From an uncultured cyanobacterium (GTDB lineage: Bacteria > Cyanobacteriota > Cyanobacteriia > Cyanobacteriales > Nostocaceae), in NCBI GenBank assembly GCA_963740315.1, contig CAVUDP010000002.1:1856001-1920000 (forward strand): 64,000 nucleotides of DNA, read 5' to 3'. Shown here in pieces: positions 61,401 to 64,000 of the stretch. The position numbers and the translations under genes were made by a program. Below the pieces are notes generated by a model. It ran no database searches. It saw nothing but the letters and a program-made list of their open reading frames with translations, and had not been told where the DNA came from. The stretch's first letter is position 1; each line of letters starts with the position of its first letter.

Positions 61401-62885
61401 CGTTTGTAAATCAAACAGCCAAAAGACATTTTCAATCGTCTCCGCCATTTGCCGAAATCGGGCTTCACTTTCCCTAAGTGCTAAAGTTGCTCGCTTGCGT
61501 TCGGTAATATCAGCAGTTATAGCTGCGATTCCTTCCGGGGTGGGATAAATTTTAATCTCAAACCAGCCACTCAAACTTGGGTAATAAAACTCCAACTCAA
61601 TTGGGTTTCGTTCAAGCATGACTTTGCGAGCGCACCGTTCAAATTCGCTACCGATTAAATCTGGAAATAATTCCCAAAGGCTTTTACCCAAAACATCTTC
61701 ACGGCTCCTGCCAATGATTTCAAGTTCGCGATCGTTAAGGTAGGTAAGCCGCCAGTTATAATCAAAAATCACGAAACCATCGCGAATGCTTGATAAAACA
61801 TCTTGCATTCTAGTTTCTACCGCTTCTGTTTTTATTCGTGCAGTTTCGCGGATTTCATCTAATTTGCGTTCGCTTTCCCAAGCGCGAGCATTACTAATTG
61901 CGGATGCTATTTGTCCGGCAACTAAATCAAAGAAGCCTTGATAATCATCGTTGAAAGGTCTTCTCGGACTAATTCCTGCAATCAAAAATCCCCTGACTTG
62001 AACTTGTCCCGGCGCAATTAACGGTATAACCGCAGCAGCGTTTGGTAAGTGCGATCGCGCTCCACCAGATTCCCCATTCGACTGCAATCCCTCTACAATC
62101 TGACTCTCACCTGTCGCCATAACATCTCTTAGCGACCACAAATTACAAATTTCATCATCCGAATTAATTTCAATCTCATGCGGGCTAACGGACGAGAGCG
62201 CATCTAATCCGGCAATGCCAGCAAGTTGCGCTTTGCTGCGGGTATCATCGAGTAAATACAGCAGCGCAAAAGGTACATCATCGGAATTATGCGCTAAAGT
62301 CCGAGCAGAAATTTCACAAGCTTGCTCAACCGTCTTTACCCCAACCGCTTGTGTCGCTAATTCTCGTTGGGTTCGCAGTTGTCTTTCGCCGATAACCTTC
62401 GCCGTTGTCTCCGTACAAACAACCAGCGCACCATTGATATTACCATTTTCGTCTCGAACCGGACTATAACCGTAAGTCCAGTAAACTTCTTCTAAACAAC
62501 CATTGCGGATAATCGGCACTAATTGGTTTTCGTTCCAAGTAGATTCTCCCCGATCCATCACCCCATCAATTTGCTCGCCAACAATATCCCAAATCTCATT
62601 CCAAAATTCTCTTCCCCGATGTCCCAACGCTTGGGGGTGCCTATCCGCTCCCAAACTCGGACGGTAGGCATCATTATAAAATTGAATTAACTCCTCTCCC
62701 CAAAATAAAAACATCGGATGGCGAGAAGTAAGCAATATACTTAAAGTTATTTTTAGGCTTTGCGACCAAGTTTCAACCGCACCAAGACTAGTTCGTTCCC
62801 AATCAAAGTCACGCATCAGCCCCGCCATTTCGCTGTTTCCAACAAAAACGTCTTCCCGAAACCTCGAATTTTGCTTGGATTTCAC
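58449..62885 (-). CDS. Hybrid sensor histidine kinase (PAS/GAF, multiple PAS-PAC, HisKA, HATPase, receiver)
   Basis: FDWERTSLG.V..W N-terminus, LSHELRTPLN, NAVKFT, DTGKGI, GLGLGL, VVDDE and SDIGMP. Confidence 0.95.
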   Translation of the reverse strand: MKSKQNSRFREDVFVGNSEMAGLMRDFDWERTSLGAVETWSQSLKITLSILLTSRHPMFLFWGEELIQFYNDAYRPSLGADRHPQALGHRGREFWNEIWDIVGEQIDGVMDRGESTWNENQLVPIIRNGCLEEVYWTYGYSPVRDENGNINGALVVCTETTAKVIGERQLRTQRELATQAVGVKTVEQACEISARTLAHNSDDVPFALLYLLDDTRSKAQLAGIAGLDALSSVSPHEIEINSDDEICNLWSLRDVMATGESQIVEGLQSNGESGGARSHLPNAAAVIPLIAPGQVQVRGFLIAGISPRRPFNDDYQGFFDLVAGQIASAISNARAWESERKLDEIRETARIKTEAVETRMQDVLSSIRDGFVIFDYNWRLTYLNDRELEIIGRSREDVLGKSLWELFPDLIGSEFERCARKVMLERNPIELEFYYPSLSGWFEIKIYPTPEGIAAITADITERKRATLALRESEARFRQMAETIENVFWLFDLQTQQHLYISPAYEKIWGRSCESVYVDLSNWVETVHPEDRHQLQDIWERCIKNGSQEEEYRIIRPDGSIRWVRDRGFVVNDENGQPYRLAGVSEDITEQKQAELALRESQEQLKLALKTAKLGNCQLDLRSNQLITSEQCKANFGLSPDADFTYEILFEQIHPEDKVRVQESLQQAIANDTDCDVEYRNIWDDNSIHWVLIRARCISDRLGNPLKMVGMIMDITERKRADEQLRQSERRLRRLVESNMFGVVICDRFGGLHYANDYLLNIIGYTSAEMQSDKVRWDELTPPEFAPLDDKAIQEVIAKGVCTPYEKEYRHKDGRRIPILIGAALLNEPFNENQEIITFVLDLTQLKQVTQERDRFFNLSGDMLAICNLEGYFTQVNPAWERTLGLTPTELTTKPYLEFIHPDDRSLTLAEAEKLARGINTIGFENRYRNKDGSYRWLSWNVSAFPEQQVLYSIARDVTERKQAEIQLQQLAALVDNSTDFIGIATPEGKGVYVNPAGCRLMGLENLEAALETEILDYFFPEDKAYVRDVIIETMIRQGLWRGEINFRHFQTGEAIPVDYSAFAIRDLQTNEIVAFATVTRDIRERVAMQQERERILQREQAAREAAEQANRIKDEFLAVLSHELRTPLNPILGWSKILQKGNLNAKKTEIALETIERNAKLQTQLIDDLLDISRILRGKLSLNEAPVNLATVIQSALETVRLAAEAKSIHIHTAKASSIGIVNGDEGRLQQVVWNILSNAVKFTPKGGHIWITLTQVENCAQIQIKDTGKGIKKEFLPYLFEHFRQEDSATTRKFGGLGLGLAIVRQLVELHGGTVTADSAGEGQGAIFTVEIPSTLVVNSTKILPETDRTSSNLNGINILVVDDEPDSCDLIAFLLEQEGATVTTAASASEALESIAKSTPDLLISDIGMPEMDGYELIKIIRASEKSKSIPAIAVTAYAGEVNQQQAISAGFQQHISKPIDANAVVDMAVELVRS

Positions 62886-63360
62886 GATCGCAACCCCGCT
62901 TCTGGGAAATACATCTTTACAGCCACACTTTGCTTCTTAAGTGTCAAAATATAATTTTATTTTGGAATTTTTACTTTGAGTTTTTTTTTACCCAAAAGCA
63001 TTTAAATAGAATTATTAATTAGATTATTAAATAATATAACTTTAAATATATATTACAACAAAGAGTTATTTAGCAGCATCAAAGTTCATCTAATCAATGT
63101 TAAGCTAACTACAAAATTTGTATTAAAATCTCCCTTTTTATTCAAATACAATACAACTATTTAATTGTTTTAAATTTTTTATATAATACTTTAACTATCT
63201 CCAGACAGATCGATTAACAGCAATTTTAGTACTTTTGATATGTCTTCTTCTATCTAAAGTATGATTTAGGTATTTAGCTATTGACCCCTTTGTAATACAA
63301 ATGTAGTATATAAAACTTGAAGGTGATAGACGATGGTAAGGCATTCATAGCGCGTGCGTC

Positions 63361-64000
63361 ATGGCAAATATACGAGATATCGTTAATTATTTTCGTCCGT
63401 ACTGGAAGCTGAGTGTATTTAGTATTGCGGCATCCAGCGTTTATGAGATTTTAGATTTACTAGTACCTTATGCGATTGGGCAGATACTAAACCTGCTTTC
63501 GGGACAACCGTTAGATGGATTTTTGAGGAGTGCGATCGCCACAATTTCCAATATTACAAACTATCCAGTAAATAACACTTTATCTTACGGTGTTTTGCTG
63601 GGTTTAATATTTATTGTGACAGTAGTAAGAGCGCCAACACAGCCCTGGTTGAGCGGTTGGTTTCACTGGGATATTGCCTTAAAAGCGCGTCGCGATCAAA
63701 GTGGAAAAGCAGTAGAAAAGATTCTCACATTACCTTTAGAATTTTATGATGAAAACAACCCCGGAAGGATAGCATCGAGAGTAGCAAAAGGAATTTCTAA
63801 TCATACTTGGACTTATCCAGAAATCACCGGACAATTGTTTCCCAAATTGTTTAGAGTTTTGGGGATTTTTGTATTTATTTGTTTCGTTGATTGGCGGATT
63901 GCGGCTTTATTTTTGCTTTCCTTTGTAGTGATTCTCAGCTTTACTTTAAAGAATCTACAGCAAATAATGGAATACGAAAGTCGCTTAGATAAATATTCGG
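63361..64000 (+). CDS. ABC transporter permease/ATP-binding protein, N-terminal part (runs off the window)
   Basis: Hand translation MANIRDIVNYFRPYWKLSVFSIAAS... with TM segments and KILTLPLEFYDENNPGRIASR; the ATPase domain is not in the window. Confidence 0.8.
   Translation, partial: MANIRDIVNYFRPYWKLSVFSIAASSVYEILDLLVPYAIGQILNLLSGQPLDGFLRSAIATISNITNYPVNNTLSYGVLLGLIFIVTVVRAPTQPWLSGWFHWDIALKARRDQSGKAVEKILTLPLEFYDENNPGRIASRVAKGISNHTWTYPEITGQLFPKLFRVLGIFVFICFVDWRIAALFLLSFVVILSFTLKNLQQIMEYESRLDKYS

Overview
AT-rich DNA from a filamentous cyanobacterium, most likely Nostocales. This assignment is inferred from abundant HIP1 GCGATCGC sites, heptameric STRR arrays, and the ccm/ndh gene order. Housekeeping flanks carry a glycogen debranching enzyme, a 2-Cys peroxiredoxin, a DnaJ-type chaperone, glgC, a subtilase, a GGDEF-EAL protein, peptidoglycan-binding proteins and ycf46 on the left. 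On the right are cmpR-ccmONMLK1K2, ndhF4-ndhD4-cupB, a hybrid histidine kinase and an ABC transporter. Between them (about 19.8-38.9 kb) lies an accessory, conflict-like block. It contains Rpn/PD-(D/E)XK genes, a TPR-CHAT protease operon with a small gene and a 2-TM gene (CATRA-like), LRV-repeat proteins with a MoxR ATPase and a HEXXH/vWA protein, and a Dam/DpnII-type RM pair whose nuclease appears to carry a catalytic E-to-K change. The most striking signal is an orphan cassette at 26283-26875. It holds an alternative CHAT C-terminus, a second intact small-partner gene and the first 17 nt of the membrane gene, all between 26-bp direct repeats. Two Rpn loci show the same pattern, with only the small C-terminal (antitoxin-like) module kept in a second copy. 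The subtilase is followed by a free-standing copy of its own prodomain. I saw no rRNA, tRNA or CRISPR array. All family assignments come from motifs read by eye; no database search was run.
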